From Candidatus Doudnabacteria bacterium (lineage in GTDB: Bacteria > Patescibacteriota > JAQUNI01): 64,000 nt of DNA. A model generated the notes under the pieces. It made no database searches. It was not told where the DNA came from and was given only the letters and a program-made list of their open reading frames with translations. This document shows, piece by piece, positions 62,980-64,000 of the stretch. Position numbers and translations under genes: made by a program. How positions within the stretch are numbered: position 1 is the first letter of the stretch; the number at the start of each line of letters is the position of its first letter. The DNA is taken from NCBI GenBank assembly GCA_041644975.1, contig JBAZQX010000006.1, positions 9,761 to 73,760 on the forward strand, read 5' to 3'.

Positions 62980-63693
62980 TTATTTTACATCCCCTTGTTT
63001 TTCTCCTGCTCCTTCTTGGGCTCTCGGTTCGCCCCCTGCTTCACTTTCAGCCCCCTCCTCTCCCTCTTTTTTAACGCCCTCAACCTCTTCCACTTTTTCC
63101 TCTACTTTTTCCTCCAATTCTTCTAATTCCTTCTCTGAACGCGGCGGCATCACAGAAACGACCACATCTTCCGGGTGAGCCAACACTTCCACATTCTTTG
63201 GAATATCCAAATCTTTGACATGGATAACGTCATCAAATGTCTTTAAAGAAGATATGGAAACAGGAATAGAGTGGGGCAAATCTTGAGGTAAACAGGAGAC
63301 CTCAATCTCATCTAAATTCTTCACCAAAACGCCATCCAGATCCTTTACCGCCCGCGATACCCCATTGAATTCCAAAGGCGCTTCCGCGGTAATCTTCTCG
63401 GTCATCCTGACCTCGTAAAAATCTATATGCAAATACTCCCCGGATACTGGATCACGTTGCACCTCTTTGACTAAAACCTTGCGCGGTTTTTTTTCTTTTT
63501 CAATGGCAAGATCGATCAAAGAACTTTCACCTGCTTCTTGAAAAACCTTTTGAAATTGCTTACGATCAACAATCAAAAAAACATTTTTCACCTCGTGCCC
63601 ATAGAGCACCGCCGGCACCATTGCTTCTCGCCGCAACTTCTTGGGTTTGTTTTGAAGATCTCTTAATTTAACTTGTAAAACTAAATCAGCCAT
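62980..63693 (-). CDS. rplY: 50S ribosomal protein L25/Ctc
   Basis: VPAVLYG, HIDFY, acidic tail. Confidence 0.95.
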   Translation of the reverse strand: MADLVLQVKLRDLQNKPKKLRREAMVPAVLYGHEVKNVFLIVDRKQFQKVFQEAGESSLIDLAIEKEKKPRKVLVKEVQRDPVSGEYLHIDFYEVRMTEKITAEAPLEFNGVSRAVKDLDGVLVKNLDEIEVSCLPQDLPHSIPVSISSLKTFDDVIHVKDLDIPKNVEVLAHPEDVVVSVMPPRSEKELEELEEKVEEKVEEVEGVKKEGEEGAESEAGGEPRAQEGAGEKQGDVK

Positions 63694-63702
63694 ATTTGTA
63701 AA

Positions 63703-63837
63703 CCCCGTTAGAGAACTTCATTCTCTAACGGTTCTATTAAACCACCGTCAGCCCCGTTAGAAATTTATTTCTAACGGGGTCAGCGCCTATATTTTTCCCA
63801 CCACCACCGACTTTGTCGGTGGCTTTCTCTAACGGGG
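63703..63837. mobile_element. CCCCGTTAGA element with a nested 28-bp copy (63752-63779)
   Basis: Outer TAAA duplication; inner TCAG duplication. Confidence 0.88.
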
Positions 63838-64000
63838 TAAAGATATCCCATTAAAAGTTCACCTTTTAAAGGGGGTATAAGCTCCATTAATAATAAAACG
63901 AAATTCCTCTATAACTCAAGCTGCGTATTTTAGCGAGGGAAAATAAAATCCCTTTGGTCTTAATAACTTATTTGGTTATTTTGCTATTCCAATTTCTTCT

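Overview
Bacterial chromosomal window, genetic code 11. Gene content and style suggest Patescibacteria/CPR (inference, not a database result). Housekeeping blocks: V/A-type ATPase subunits I and H/G, hrcA-grpE-dnaK(-dnaJ) with tandem CIRCE, truD, mraZ-rsmH-ftsL-PBP-murF, ABC exporter, sortase, rplJ/L, mltG, manC, pcm, rpmG, tsf/rpsB, rpmE-prfA-prmC, a pilin and rplY. There are 6 intact or spliceable tRNAs. The main non-standard feature is a dense set of tiny palindromic insertion elements nested inside one another. One family (CCCCGTTAGA...TCTAACGGGG, 4-bp target duplication) sits in-frame inside truD, prmC and a pilin leader. A second, about 39-bp GC-rich family inserts without duplication at fixed sites inside other repeats. 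Related palindromes disrupt tRNA genes, including an intact tRNA-Thr carried inside a broken tRNA-Thr. Also present: a group I intron in tRNA-Thr(GGU), a SipW-type peptidase operon resembling a donor-strand fibre with a sortase-anchored base, four-helix-bundle cassettes with a gene-less derivative, and several candidate structured RNAs. All calls were made by eye; no searches were run.
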